A stretch of DNA of 64,000 bases from a virus, in the IMG/VR virus record IMGVR_UViG_3300021400_000219, positions 57,970-121,969 of that record; one strand, written 5' to 3'. Numbering within the stretch: the first letter of the stretch is position 1; every line of letters begins with the position of its first letter. The position numbers and the translations under genes are program-made. Shown here in pieces: positions 11,048 to 22,833 of the stretch. The notes beneath the pieces are model-generated. The model was not told the DNA's origin and made no database searches. It saw nothing but the letters and a program-made list of their open reading frames with translations.

Positions 11048-12955
11048 TTATTCAGCATTATACTGAGCCTCCTCACTATGCTCTTTAATATAAACCTTTC
11101 GAGGGGTCACCGCTGTTCCCATTAAATTATCAAATAATTTTCTTGCGGCTTCAATATCATTAATTGTCACTTGACGAATAATTCTTTGTTCGGGGTCTGT
11201 TAAAGTTTCTTCTGTTTCTTCAACATCCATTTCGCCAAGCCCCTTCATCCGGTTTACTTTATAAGATTTGCCACTATTAGCTTTACGATATTCTTCTAAA
11301 GCTTCATCGTTTTTAATATATTTGTATCCTTTATTAGTGGTAATTTTATAAAGAGGTGGAACACCAGCATAAACAAAACCATCTTCAATTAATTGAGGAC
11401 AGAAATTCCAAATGAATGTATAAAAAAGATTTTTAATATGAGCACCATCAACATCAGCATCACTCATAATAATAATTTTTCCATAACGAATTTTATTTTT
11501 ATCATAAGATACTTTCATAGTTTTAGGATCAATCTCTAAACCAAAAGCATCCATCATGGTCATTATTTCTGCATTCTTTTGGATTTTATCAATACCAGCT
11601 TTATGAGTATTAAGAATCTTACCACGAACAGGAAGTACAGCTTGAAATTCATTATCTCTAGCAGTCTTCATATTACCAGAAGCGCTATCACCCTCTGTAA
11701 TATAAATTTCACATTTCTTGCGGTCTTTACTAAAACAATCAGCTAATTTAGAATCAAAGCGCAAAGCCTTTTCTTTTTTAGCTTGTTTTTCACGAATTGA
11801 ATCTCTAGCTTTTTGTGCAGCTTCCCTAGCTTTTTTAGCCATTTTAGCTTTATCCGCTATAGCTTTAATTTCTTTTTCATTTTGAGTGAACCATATGCGT
11901 AATTCATCTGCAATCGCCGCAGTAAATGGTGTCATTTCAAGCTTAGTAATTCTAGTTTTAACTTGAGCATCATATGCTACATTTGGAGCCGTAATATTAA
12001 AGACAATATATAGTCCTTCTTGAATATCATCACCAGAAAGATTATCTTCATTATCTTTAAGCCATTTCTTTTCTTTAAAGAATTTATTAAATTCTCTTGT
12101 GAGTAAGGCTTTAATTTGAGTAATATGAGGCCCAACAGAAGTTAATCCAGTGTTTACATATGGGACCATGGTCATTGAATAGTTAGACGTATAAGTCATA
12201 ACCATATCAATTTTATTTTTTCCATTTGTAAAATTTAAATTAAAACGATTGTTAATTAATTCTTTACCTGTAACAGCTTCATCTACTAAATCACTCAAAC
12301 CATTTGTAGAATAATAAGTAGTTTTTTCTCCATTATTATCTAATTCTATAGTTAGACCAGGACAAAGGGCTGCTACAGTTTTAAATAAAACTTTAATTTC
12401 ATTTACATTTACTTCTGGATGTGTAAAGAATTCTTCACTTGGTTCCCATTCTACACAAGTTCCATTTTCAAAATCTTTAGCTGTAAAAATTTCTCGTTTA
12501 TTAAATTCACCTTCAACAAAATAACAACGCTCTACTTGCCAATTACGATAAGTATAAACATCTAACCAATGCGAAAGAAAAGTTGTTATCTTAGAACCAA
12601 TACCAAAAGAACCTAATGATGTACCTTCATAAGTACCATCTTCTCTATATTTGCCTGAAGTATTTAATACACTAAAAGCTGCTTCAAGAATTGTTTTTCC
12701 ATCTTCTCTAAAATTATTAGGAATAAATCCTTGACCATAATCTCTTACACGACACATTTTACCATTTATTGCAACTTCAATTTTATTTCCATGACCTAAT
12801 CTAAATTCATCTACTGCATTAGAAAAAATTTCTACCAATAATTGAGTTGCATATGTTGTATCTCCTGCATATACCCCAGGGCGCAAACGAGTAAATTCAA
12901 GAGGTGATAAACTTTCTATTGAATCTTCATTATATAATGTTTTATCAATCTTCAT
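11048..12955 (-). CDS. type II DNA topoisomerase ATPase subunit (GyrB/ParE or T4 gp39-like)
   Basis: GHKL ATPase N-terminus, TOPRIM motif YITEGDSASG and PLYKI; 635 aa. Confidence 0.85.
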   Translation of the reverse strand: MKIDKTLYNEDSIESLSPLEFTRLRPGVYAGDTTYATQLLVEIFSNAVDEFRLGHGNKIEVAINGKMCRVRDYGQGFIPNNFREDGKTILEAAFSVLNTSGKYREDGTYEGTSLGSFGIGSKITTFLSHWLDVYTYRNWQVERCYFVEGEFNKREIFTAKDFENGTCVEWEPSEEFFTHPEVNVNEIKVLFKTVAALCPGLTIELDNNGEKTTYYSTNGLSDLVDEAVTGKELINNRFNLNFTNGKNKIDMVMTYTSNYSMTMVPYVNTGLTSVGPHITQIKALLTREFNKFFKEKKWLKDNEDNLSGDDIQEGLYIVFNITAPNVAYDAQVKTRITKLEMTPFTAAIADELRIWFTQNEKEIKAIADKAKMAKKAREAAQKARDSIREKQAKKEKALRFDSKLADCFSKDRKKCEIYITEGDSASGNMKTARDNEFQAVLPVRGKILNTHKAGIDKIQKNAEIMTMMDAFGLEIDPKTMKVSYDKNKIRYGKIIIMSDADVDGAHIKNLFYTFIWNFCPQLIEDGFVYAGVPPLYKITTNKGYKYIKNDEALEEYRKANSGKSYKVNRMKGLGEMDVEETEETLTDPEQRIIRQVTINDIEAARKLFDNLMGTAVTPRKVYIKEHSEEAQYNAE

Positions 12956-13643
12956 TTAAATTCTCCTCAATTTCGTTTACTTTATTTTTAAGTGTTTGTA
13001 ATATAAATACAACTTCAAGAATATCTGTTGTCTGATTGGTTAAAACATTAATAAAATCTTGTGAATAAATTAATTTTTTAATATTATTTAAAAATTCTTG
13101 AGTTATTTCTAGCTCCATTAATCATTCACCTCATCCATTATCCATTCTTCATAATTATAAATTACATCTATAATATCTTTACCTAATCTCCCATCTTCAA
13201 TCATATGACGAATATATTCTAACATAGCAAATGCTCGCCACTTATACATTTTATACTAAGATGGAGCATCTTCCACTGCTTTTTTCCATTCCATTCCTGT
13301 ACGTTTCTCTCGCATTACACGATTATAACTTTTTAAAAATGTTTTTTCTTTTTCATTCATAATATTATTATACCATATTTTTAAAATTGATTCAACCTTT
13401 GACTGTCTGACCAAGTAAATGCTCTATAAGAAGCTAATCGCATTAAAGCGATATATCTACCAAAAACAGAAGAATTATTCCAACGATTTCTCATACGTTC
13501 CCACTGTTTTTGAATATAAGGATAATCTAATTCTTTTAAAAAAGGTAAAAAAGTAGATTCATCATAAATATCTATCATATTTTTAATTTCTTCTTTAGAG
13601 TATTCAAAATAATAAGAATTATTTTGACGCTTATAATATTGAT

Positions 13644-14074
13644 TATTTAGAAGCTAATTTGTCTGCTAACTCATTCCATTTATCTCCTGAGTGACCTTTT
13701 ACTTTTTTTAATTCAACTCTATATCCATTCTGCCAATGCTTATAAAAAGGTTGGATTAAATCTAAATTTTCAGGCGTTTTATTATCTGCCTTTAGCCATC
13801 CTTTATTTGCCCAATTAAACATCCAAGAGGAAAAAATATTTATACAATATGCGCTATCAGAATATATTATTGGAATACTGCTATTAGATGACTAAGTCCC
13901 GTATCTTAAAAAAGCCCATAAAATGGCTTTAAGTTCTTCTCTATTATTAGTTGTCTCTTGGCAATATTCAGTATGAGTAGTAATTAAATTTTCATTATCG
14001 TCTAATATAATTACTGCAAAACCTCCTGGCCCACCTGGATTAGAACGACAGCTACCATCTGTGTAAATAATCAT
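13644..14074 (-). CDS. rnh: ribonuclease H (RNase HI-like) with in-frame TAG
   Basis: N-terminus MIIYTDGSCRSNPGGPGG...TTNNREEL matches the RNase HI motifs TDGSC and TTNNRMEL. The ORF continues through TAG at 13892-13894. Confidence 0.7.
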
Positions 14075-14354
14075 TATTTTTTTAACTCCACATCTTTTGG
14101 TAAATATAATAAAATTACATTATCAGGCAATAATTGTCTAATATGTTCAAATACTTGACGAAAAGTATCATAATCATATGTAAAATCTGGCATACAAATT
14201 CTAATAACATCTCCAGGTTTAAGTTCATTTACATTAAAATTTAATTTTTTTAATGTAATGTCTTTAATCTCAATCATAATATGCTCCTTTAATTGACATA
14301 TCATTATATTTTTCTTATTATATATATTATACAATATTTTTTAAATAAAAACAA

Positions 14355-14392
14355 TAAAAAGGGTTTGAGAAAAATCCCAAACCCTTTTTATA
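14355..14392 (-). terminator. rho-independent terminator hairpin
   Basis: AAAAGGGTTTG(AGAAAAATC)CAAACCCTTTT with flanking T and A tracts. Confidence 0.6.
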
Positions 14393-14393
14393 T

Positions 14394-14723
14394 TTAGATA
14401 CCATAATTAATATCTATGTCTTCATTTAATGGAGCATCCCCATTATCAACATCAGCATTTAATTCTGCCATTACTGTTTCAAATTTAATACCGTTCTTTG
14501 TATTTTCTTTTGTTGATTTATTATAATAAAAACACTAGCTTACACCATATGCGCCCCAAGGTAAACTAATCATAGCTGTTAACCAAGGTAAAGAACCAGT
14601 ATAATCTTTCCAAACACAAAATGCTGCTAGTGCTAAAAAAGCAAGTGTTACTATCCATATGAGAATAGACTCTTGGACTAATAATACTTTACTAAATGCT
14701 TTTTTAGATTTTTTCTTCGCCAT
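14394..14723 (-). CDS. holin-like small membrane protein with in-frame TAG
   Basis: Basic N-terminus plus two hydrophobic helices (LIWIVTLAFLALAAFCVW and WLTAMISLPWGAY). Lies immediately upstream of the endolysin and overlaps it. Reads through TAG at 14535-14537 to TAA at 14394-14396. Confidence 0.5.
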
Positions 14724-15747
14724 TTAAAATACGATAAAGAACAGTAACAAATTCCTCACGAGTTAATGGTTTACGATACATTTTACGTCCTTGAGAATCT
14801 CCCTTAATATATTTTTTAGATTCAGCCCATTCACGAGCTTTTTCAGAATAAGATTCAACGTGCTCATCTGCAGCTAAATCTTCTAAATAAGCATTCATTA
14901 ATTCTTTAAATTTATCAAGAGTCATATCTTCATCCTCCTCAATTGGTTTAGTATATTTTTTAGTATAATTTAAATGTATCCATCCTTCTCCAGTATATCC
15001 CCATCCAGTAGAAGAGGTTTTAGAAATATGAACAATAGTATCATTATAATATTTTTTAACAATATTATAATTAGTCCCCGCACCTTTGCGGCAATTTAAA
15101 TAGCCATCATCAGATTTAATGATAACATCGTAATTAACTTCTGTTATTTTATCTTCTACTTTTGGAGTTGTGCCTGGATTTTTTATTACCCAGTAGTATT
15201 TAACTTGCTTTTTAAATAAAGAGTAATCTCCTTGGGTTCTAGCTAATTTAGTAGATGCTGGGTCATTAATAAAAATTGTATTACCAGAGATTTTCCATAC
15301 AACAATATAATGTCCACTTCTAGTCCAATTACCTTTACCCATACAAGCAATTACTAAATCACCATTATCTACAGCAGTTTTTGCTTGAGTATGATAAGAT
15401 GCAGTAGAATTGCCATAAATATTAGCACTATTTAATTGTGTGCATTTTAATCCATATCTTTTAAAAGCAGGAACAAAGTATGAATAATATGTTCCAGAGT
15501 TTAATGCTTTATAACCATTCTTTAAAGCCCAAGCACATTCTGTTTTTGGTGTAACATTTTTATCAGCCCACGTTGCTAAAATCATAGCAGCACTACTGGG
15601 GCCGCAACCTGAACCGCCAATAGTGCTGCTTTCACCTTTTACTGCATAAGGTATGTTTTTCCAACGAGGGTCTGTTTGAAAATATGAAACTGGTTGTTGT
15701 GCCATATTTTCTTCCCTCCTTATAATAATTTTAAACGTATTAACCAC
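14704..15747 (-). CDS. endolysin: cysteine peptidase domain (NlpC/CHAP/C39-like, GCGPSSAAM) plus two C-terminal SH3b-like wall-binding repeats
   Basis: Peptidase motif with the putative catalytic Cys near the N-terminus. The C-terminus carries duplicated YxxxxGWGYTGEGW-type SH3b repeats. Confidence 0.7.
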   Translation of the reverse strand: MVNTFKIIIRREENMAQQPVSYFQTDPRWKNIPYAVKGESSTIGGSGCGPSSAAMILATWADKNVTPKTECAWALKNGYKALNSGTYYSYFVPAFKRYGLKCTQLNSANIYGNSTASYHTQAKTAVDNGDLVIACMGKGNWTRSGHYIVVWKISGNTIFINDPASTKLARTQGDYSLFKKQVKYYWVIKNPGTTPKVEDKITEVNYDVIIKSDDGYLNCRKGAGTNYNIVKKYYNDTIVHISKTSSTGWGYTGEGWIHLNYTKKYTKPIEEDEDMTLDKFKELMNAYLEDLAADEHVESYSEKAREWAESKKYIKGDSQGRKMYRKPLTREEFVTVLYRILNGEEKI

Positions 15748-15956
15748 TCTGATAAAGTTTCTGTTTCCATTTCATTTTTAAAATGTTTTTGACGTTCTTC
15801 ATTATATATCTAAATTATATATTCAATAGAAGCTGAATTCCAATAATCCCAAAAAGGTTTTATATACTAAACAAATGCTTGTTCTGTATATAATATTTCT
15901 TTTGGATGCATTTTCCATATCGAAGAGTGTAAAATAAAATAATGATAAATAGTTAA

Positions 15957-16703
15957 CTAAACAATTTTATATTCTAAATTCTTTTGTTTTTCAATGGGTA
16001 ATGTTTTTATAAAATCATGAGCATAAGCACAAGCTTTAATAAAATCAATTGCATTATTAAAACGATATTCTCCTTCATTTTTTCTAGTAATACTATCTTT
16101 TCCCCAACGCCAAACATAAGATATAATATTTAAAAATCCAATTTTATTAGCACATTCTGCCGCGATGCTTAAAAAATAAGTATCTTCATGCACTCTTAAA
16201 TCAGGATGAAATTTTATGTTATTTTCTAAAAGAAAAGATCTTTTAAACATTTTACCGTGCATCCAAGTATTTTCAACTTTATGTGTAATATAAATCATTT
16301 GATTATTCTATAAATTATAACTTTCTTCTAACCAAAGAGTTTTTAAAATATCCCAATCTTTTTGCTACATTTCTTGAAGCATTGCTCCTAAACTACCTAC
16401 ATTATGTAAACTATCATCAGCATCACAAAACATTACATATTTTCCAATTGCATTGCTAAGACCAAATTGTCTAGCTACTCCAGGCCCTTGATTTATAGAT
16501 AAAACCTTTTGTTGTATAGTAATATCTAATAAATGAAATTGAGATAAATCTATAGGTTTTGTACCATCTCTAACAAGAATAATTTCAATTTTGGATAAAT
16601 CAATACCTACTTGATTATTAATACTTGATAATAAAGGCATTAATTTTTTTTCAGTTTCTTTATAACTAGGAATTATGATTGACAATATTATATTATTTTC
16701 CAT
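15957..16703 (-). CDS. family 2 glycosyltransferase (GT-A) with in-frame TAG
   Basis: SIIIPSYKE N-terminus and a DADD (DxD) motif. ORF fragments 16365-16703 and 15957-16298 share one frame and are joined through TAG. Confidence 0.6.
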
Positions 16704-16716
16704 ATATTTATTCCTT

Positions 16717-17896
16717 ATAATAAATTTGCTAATTCAGCTATTTTACTACGGTGAATTTGCTAAAGTGTTACTTCACCATAAAAATTATGTCCTCTAAATA
16801 TCTTAGATATTCTACGCATACCGTTATTTGCGCCATCATATTCTATTAAATCCACTTGACTTTCAGTGTCACCATCAAGTATCATAATACAATCTTCGCC
16901 TACTCGCTATAATGCAAGTTTAGCAAGAGTGATATCTAAATTCTATGCTTCAGTTATATAAATACCAGCATTCATTCCAGAAGTATCATAACCTCTAATA
17001 TCACTCATAGGTAAAAGAATTAATTTATTTTCTTCAATTAAACGCAAAACAGCCTCTTGTCCACCTAATTTACTTGATAGCATATTGCCAATTTGAGCAT
17101 CTAATAATTTTTCATTTTTATCTCCTGGATAATAACCAAGTTTAGCCGCATTGCGAGTAGCTACAGTATTACAAAAAACAATTATTTTATCTATGCGATT
17201 ATGTTCTAATAAATAAAATAAATATCCAAGAGCTAGATGAGATTTTCCCGCGCCAGATGGACCTCGCAGCATAGTAATTTGATTATTTAATAAACTATCA
17301 GCGGCCATTGCCTAAAAAATATCATCTTTATAAGGTTTAATATTTCCAAACCAATCACTGTCAAAAGTTTTATATTTAAGTGGTCTAAATTCAGATCCGG
17401 TCCAACATAAAGTATCTACTCTATCTCCACGGCAATCCCAGATATTAATATATTCATTTGTTTGAATATTTGGTAAATTTAAATGACCTTCATAAAGTAA
17501 AGCTAATTCTTCATCTGATAAATCTATATCTTTATAACCTGTATAATTATCAGGTTCTATAATAATACTTTTTACTTCTATAGGTAAAAATACCGAAGCT
17601 AATTGTTTCATTGCTAAATCATTAGTATAAAAAATAATTTTATCAGATAAGTCTTCTGTCAATATTTGATTATTTAATGCATAAAGTATAGATGCGATAA
17701 TTTTTCCATCATTGTTTAATTCTAAATATCCAAAATCTTTAGAGATATTATCTGTATAGATTAAACATATATATTCATTAATATGTTCATCTAAGAGATG
17801 AAGAAGTGTACGAGCTGTATGTTTTATTCTAGCATCTTTATTTTGTGATACTTTGATTTTTTCTAATTCTTGCAGTGTAATAGAACTAATTACCAC
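16717..17896 (-). CDS. PIN-PhoH (PhoH2-like) fusion ATPase with three in-frame TAG codons
   Basis: PIN-like N-terminus (17312-17896) and PhoH P-loop GPSGAGKSH (16943-17308) are in one frame, separated only by TAG-Ala. Continues to TAA at about 16717. Confidence 0.7.
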
Positions 17897-18264
17897 TATA
17901 GATTCACTGCTCTATTGGAATAAATCTTCATTTAATAATAATAAACTGCTTGTATCATAAATATTAAAAATCATCTTCTTCATCATCCTCTTCTACTTCA
18001 TTTGGAATTATAAATCCAATTTGATTTACAGGTTCTTCACCTAATTCATTTTTTAATTTCTCTAATTGATTAGTGTCTTTCTAAATAGTTAATACCATTG
18101 GACTTTTTCTTAATTCAAGGTATTGCAATAATAAATTTATTATTCCATCACCTAATGGCACTATCCATTGAGTAAATATAACACCTAAGATAAAAGCTAT
18201 TAAAAGTTTAATAGGCAATCACCCCTTTAAATAATCCTATATATTTATAAAAAATATTTAAAGA

Positions 18265-18700
18265 TATTTAATCTATATTGTCCTTATTGCGGTTTGCACG
18301 AATACGTTTATAAAATTCATCTTTATTTTTTAAATACTGCTATAAATTTTGTTGTTCATTTTTTAAAGTATCTTTCATTAGATTTAATTCATCTTGAATT
18401 TGTTGACGCTAATGCTCTAGCATATTTTCCATATAACCGTGTGAATCATATTTTTTACTTTTGTTTACTGAATAATATAGTTGATTAAGCGCAGCTAATT
18501 TATGTTTTAATTCATTGCGACGATATTGAAATAATTTAATAATAGCTCTACGCTATGCTATATTAATTCCAGTTTTTTCATTTTGCATATCTGTGTCTTC
18601 TGGAGCACAATGTGCAATACCTGTAAAATATTGACCTTCATATTCAATAATATATGTAGATACTCCAGAGTCTTTATCATATAAATAATTATGTTCCATA
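18265..18700 (-). CDS. hypothetical protein with in-frame TAG codons
   Basis: Minus-strand frame MEHNYLYDKDSGVSTYIIEYEGQYFTGIAHC... with three TAGs. Confidence 0.35.
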
Positions 18701-18765
18701 ATAAAAATTCCTTTTTCTTTTAATTATACTAAAAGAAAAAGAAAAAGGCAAATTTAAATTAAAAT

Positions 18766-18794
18766 TTGACACTAGAAAAATTTTTTAATATAAT
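18766..18794 (+). promoter_or_regulatory. consensus sigma70 promoter (TTGACA-17-TATAAT)
   Basis: TTGACA at 18766-18771, an exactly 17-nt spacer and TATAAT at 18789-18794. Precedes the peptide/radical SAM operon. Confidence 0.7.
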
Positions 18795-18824
18795 CAATAT
18801 AGAAAATTTTTGGAGGTATTTTTT

Positions 18825-18866
18825 ATGTGTAATATATATAATATTTTATAGTGGAATAGAAAATAA
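18825..18866 (+). CDS. 13-codon small ORF (MCNIYNIL-TAG-WNRK) preceding the radical SAM genes; candidate leader or precursor peptide
   Basis: ATG 9 nt after a GGAGG RBS. Contains one TAG and ends with TAA. Confidence 0.35.
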
Positions 18867-18889
18867 AAATTAATAAAGGAAGTAAATAA

Positions 18890-20095
18890 ATGATATTTCA
18901 TGATTGTACTCAATGCACGAGTGAATGTCGGTTACAAACTTTTGAAGCTGTCAGAGATGAATTTTCATCCATTGACAGCTTTAAATATAATTCATAGATT
19001 CACTCTAAACCCACGAATTTATTATTGGGTTTAACAAATAGATGTAATTTATAGTGTAATTATTGTTTTGTAGATTAGAATATTAAAGATATGACTTTTG
19101 AGATTGCGGATTAGGCTATTTAGTGGAGTTTATCTAATTGTCAAAATGAAGAAAAACCAACAATAGGTTTTTTTGGAGGCGAACCTCTTTTAAAATTTAA
19201 AGAAATAATTGTTCCTATTTGTTAGAAATATAAAGATTTAGTAAATTTTAGTATTACGACTAATGGTGTTTTATTAAATGAAGATATAATTGATTTTTTC
19301 TGTGATTATGAAATAATACCATTACTTTCTTTTGATGGAATTCCCTCAGTATAGAATAATTAGCGTTCAAATTCTTTTGATAAAGTCAGAAAGAATATTC
19401 CTTATCTTTTATTACGGTTTCCTCAAACTACTATGCGTGCTACTGTAACAAAAGAATCAATTCCTTATTTATATGAAACTGTTTTAATGGCAGAAGAATT
19501 AGGATTTGAGTCTATTTTTTTCTGTGAAAATGCATATGAAGATTGGGATCAAGAAATCGAAATTTATTTAGAAGAATAGTTTAAAAAAATAGGTTTATAT
19601 ATTTATAAAAAATTAAGGAATAAAGAAAAAGTTATAAAAATTCAACCTTTTAATAGAATTTTTTCTAGTTTATATAAACTTCAATAGAATAAATTATTTT
19701 TTGATAATACTATTTTAAGATGTGGATTAGGAACTACTTCTTGCGCTATTACACCTGATGGTGATATTATACCTTGTCAAGAAAAAATTTCAAATTATTA
19801 GTATACTATTGGAAATATTTATACTGGAATCAATTTCAATTTACATAAAAAATATTTAATAGATTATTTTAATAAAATAAATAATTTACAATGTGATAAA
19901 GGTTGTTCTGATAGAGATAAATTAATTTGTTTATCTCATTTATGTCCTTCTCGCTTAGAAGATTTAAATTATACATTTTCAACAGCATCTTGTGTTTTTT
20001 CTCGGATGGCAACAAAAATTTGTGCAAGATTATTCTTCTTATGTAGCTATAGTTGTGAAGATAATATTAAAGAATATTGGGGTGAAGAAGAATGA
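18890..20095 (+). CDS. radical SAM enzyme with C-terminal SPASM/twitch domain; six in-frame TAG codons
   Basis: Frame verified. CX3CX2C motif is C-N-L-(TAG)-C-N-Y-C; glycine-rich SAM motif GFFGGEPLL. C-terminal Cys clusters CGLGTTSCAITPDGDIIPC and CDKGCSDRDKLIC. TGA stop overlaps the next ATG. Confidence 0.75.
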
Positions 20096-21309
20096 TAGAA
20101 CGCAGATTTAGACCTATTAAAGTTAGAACTATTATATTTACAGAAGCTTGTCCATTAGATTGCCGTTATTGTAGTTTTAAAAAAGATGATACCTTTGGAA
20201 CTAAACGAGATCTTACAAAAGAAGAACTTTTTAATTTAATAGCTGATTATGATAAGCAAGATGATGTAAATGCTGTAAACACTAGAATTTTATTTTCTGG
20301 TGGTGAGCCTTTTTTAAAATGGAGTTGGATAAAAGAAATTATTGAAAAATATTAGCATAGATTTTCTTACTCTTTTAATACTTCTGGCTATCTTTTTACT
20401 GAAGAAATTTTAGAATTTTTATCTCATTATGAAGTAGATTTTAATTTATCTGTAGATGGAAATGAAGCTTTAACCAATTACCTACGTCCAGTTGTTAATA
20501 CTAAATATAAAACAGGCTATATGAAACAATTTAAAAAAATTGTTTCAAATTTATTATATTATTTTCCAATGACACCCTTTAAAGCTATTGTTAATGCTAG
20601 ATATGTAGATTTGTTGTATTAGACATATCGTTTTGCAAATGATTTAGGTTTTCCTTATTTTTCTTTTATTTTAGATTTTAATAATAGAAAAAGAGAAATT
20701 TATAATGAAAAACAAAAAGAAGCTTATTTAGAATGGACAGATAAACATACTAAAATTTTACAAGAATAGTTAGATTTAATTGTACAAGATATTACTACTA
20801 ATTTTTTAATGAATAAAAAAAGAACTCAAATATTAGAATTTAATAAAATAATTTCTTTTTTATTTAATGAAAAAAACTTTTCTCCTGAAAATATGCAATG
20901 TCAGTTATTTAATAATCGTTCGCTTTTAACTTTATATAATAATAACGATAATAAAGAATCTGAACAATATTGTTTAAGTGGAGAGTTCTCTGATATATCA
21001 GTATTACGACAAGAGCTTATGAATCAATATAATTCTTTAAATCATTAGTGCTTATTAGATAAAGATTGTCCAATTTTTGAATATTGTTGTACAACTTGTT
21101 GTATTCAAATAGGATATTTAAAAAATTAGCAATTTTTTAATTTTGATGAATTAGAATGTATTGTTATAAAAAATTGTTATAAAGCAGTTTTAAAATTATT
21201 AGATATAAGTAATGAATTTTGTAAAAATTCATTTTTATATTAGCAATATGTTTTAGATATGATGAAAGAAGGAGGAAATAAAATTGGCGACTTTTCCTTC
21301 AACTCCTAA
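20092..21309 (+). CDS. second radical SAM enzyme with a Cys-rich C-terminal auxiliary-cluster region; about seven in-frame TAG codons
   Basis: CPLDCRYC (CX3CX2C) and SGGEPFL. C-terminus CLLDKDCPIFEYCCTTCC. Frame 0 is continuous from 20092 to TAA at 21307-21309 across several TAGs. Confidence 0.65.
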
Positions 21310-21901
21310 ATGTGATGACTGTCATAATGGAAATAGCTGTAGTAATAGAAATACTGGTGGATGTCATGGATGTAATACTTGTAATTCATCTTGTTAGACT
21401 ATTTGTGAAGTAGGATATCAAACAATAAGTAAACATCCTGATGTTGGTGATTTTGTATGGTCTGAAGTACAAAAGGATATGCTTTTAAAAGATTATTTAA
21501 CAGCGAAAAATTGGAATAAATTAATTCAAAATTTAGAAAAAGCTGAATCTATTGGATAGGCAAAAAGGCAAGGTAGTGCTGGTTCAGCAACCCTCGTTGA
21601 ACCAAATGAAGTTTTTTATGCAAAATACTATAATGAGATTCAAAAAAAATTATCAGGTTTTGAAAATGCATATTTTAGTCCTGTAGATAAAGATGATATT
21701 ATTACTGCTGCCAGAATAAATGCTATTCGCTCCTCTTATTTAAATGCAAAATTTAAATCAAGTGTTTGTGATATATGTAATACATCAGAACAAAATTGTG
21801 CTTGTAATTGTAGCTGTTCTTGTGCTTGTAGTTGCAGTTGTGACTGTGGCCCTTGCTCTTGTCCTTGTTCCCATCCTTGCAATTGTCAAACTAATTCATA
21901 A
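21284..21901 (+). CDS. Cys-rich protein (N-terminal CxxC cluster; C-terminal CACNCSCSCACSCSCDCGPCSCPCSHPCNC repeat); TTG start; two TAGs
   Basis: RBS AAGGAGG 9 nt upstream of the TTG. 205 codons, TAA stop. Last gene of the radical SAM operon. Confidence 0.5.
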
Positions 21902-21924
21902 TATTAAAAAATTTTGAAAAGTGA

Positions 21925-22000
21925 TTTTAATTTTGGATTGCGGATATGTTGGCCCTGGCCGGCCGTAGCAGATATTTTTCTCACGTGTGTGCGTGTATGC
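21925..22000 (+). repeat. GC-rich intergenic element, copy A of 4
   Basis: TTTTGGATTGCGGA...GGCCGTAGCAGAT...CACGTGTGTGCGTG. Shares its core with copies at 33912, 43888 and 54655. GC-rich in an AT-rich genome. Confidence 0.7.
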
Positions 22001-22037
22001 AAAAAATCCTCGTGCATTATGCACGAGGATTTTTATT
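22001..22037. terminator. bidirectional rho-independent terminator
   Basis: Perfect 14-bp stem AAAATCCTCGTGCA(TTAT)TGCACGAGGATTTT with A and T tracts on both sides, between convergent genes. Confidence 0.8.
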
Positions 22038-22833
22038 AACCATAATAGCCTCCATCAGGAGGATCTCTACGATATTGCCAATCTCTAGGACAAGCAATAT
22101 TCATCCAACTAGGTCCGGAGCATTTTCCTTCATGAACACAACGAGCACACTGTCTTCTTTTATATTCATCAACTTTTAACCAAGTTTCATAAGGCTTAAT
22201 TTTAGTAACATCGGGTTCGACGCAAACATCGTGAGGAGTAGTTCCTTCTTCAATTAAATGCGCACTCACCCACTCAGCTTTCATCTCTTGGATAATATCA
22301 TTTAAATTACAAGGATAACAATCGTGAGCATCCATTGCAACATTATACATCCAAAAGTTATTTTCAAAAAAATGCTCTTTTTGATGAGTGTGTCCAAAAA
22401 GATTAAGAGTCATTTGTTTAAGAAACTTATCATTATTTCCAGTAAGAGAAGGAAAATGGCTCATATAAAAATGATATCCTTGATGTTTTAAATAAATAGA
22501 ATTTTTTGTTTCTACTACATTAGCAAGAGTTTGATAAATCTCCCATCTACGATCAGTGTCGTGATTGCCTCTTACAATATGAAATTTACCATTCATTTGT
22601 CGCATTAAATTAGTTGTAAGAGTCATATCAGAACCAAGCATTAAATCACCAAGAATATATACATCTTCGTCTGGCCGCACCATAAAGTTATGACGTTCAA
22701 CAATGGCAAAATTCATTTGTTCAACAGATTCAAAACCACGAGCTTTCCAAATAAATTCTCTATCATGATTTAAATGCCAATCTGAACAAGCCCACACATG
22801 AGGAAGTTCACCAAGAACAATTTTATTAGTCAT
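22036..22833 (-). CDS. calcineurin-like metallophosphoesterase (Pnkp-type phosphatase module)
   Basis: GDxxD..GNHD motifs (ILGDLMLG, RGNHDTD). Overlaps the kinase gene by 8 nt. Confidence 0.7.
   Translation of the reverse strand: MTNKIVLGELPHVWACSDWHLNHDREFIWKARGFESVEQMNFAIVERHNFMVRPDEDVYILGDLMLGSDMTLTTNLMRQMNGKFHIVRGNHDTDRRWEIYQTLANVVETKNSIYLKHQGYHFYMSHFPSLTGNNDKFLKQMTLNLFGHTHQKEHFFENNFWMYNVAMDAHDCYPCNLNDIIQEMKAEWVSAHLIEEGTTPHDVCVEPDVTKIKPYETWLKVDEYKRRQCARCVHEGKCSGPSWMNIACPRDWQYRRDPPDGGYYG

Noticed and set aside
18294-18488. Plus-strand 64-aa ORF from the supplied track
   Set aside because: It lies antisense to a minus-strand TAG-containing gene (18265-18700) and has no RBS. It is most likely an AT-rich frame artefact.
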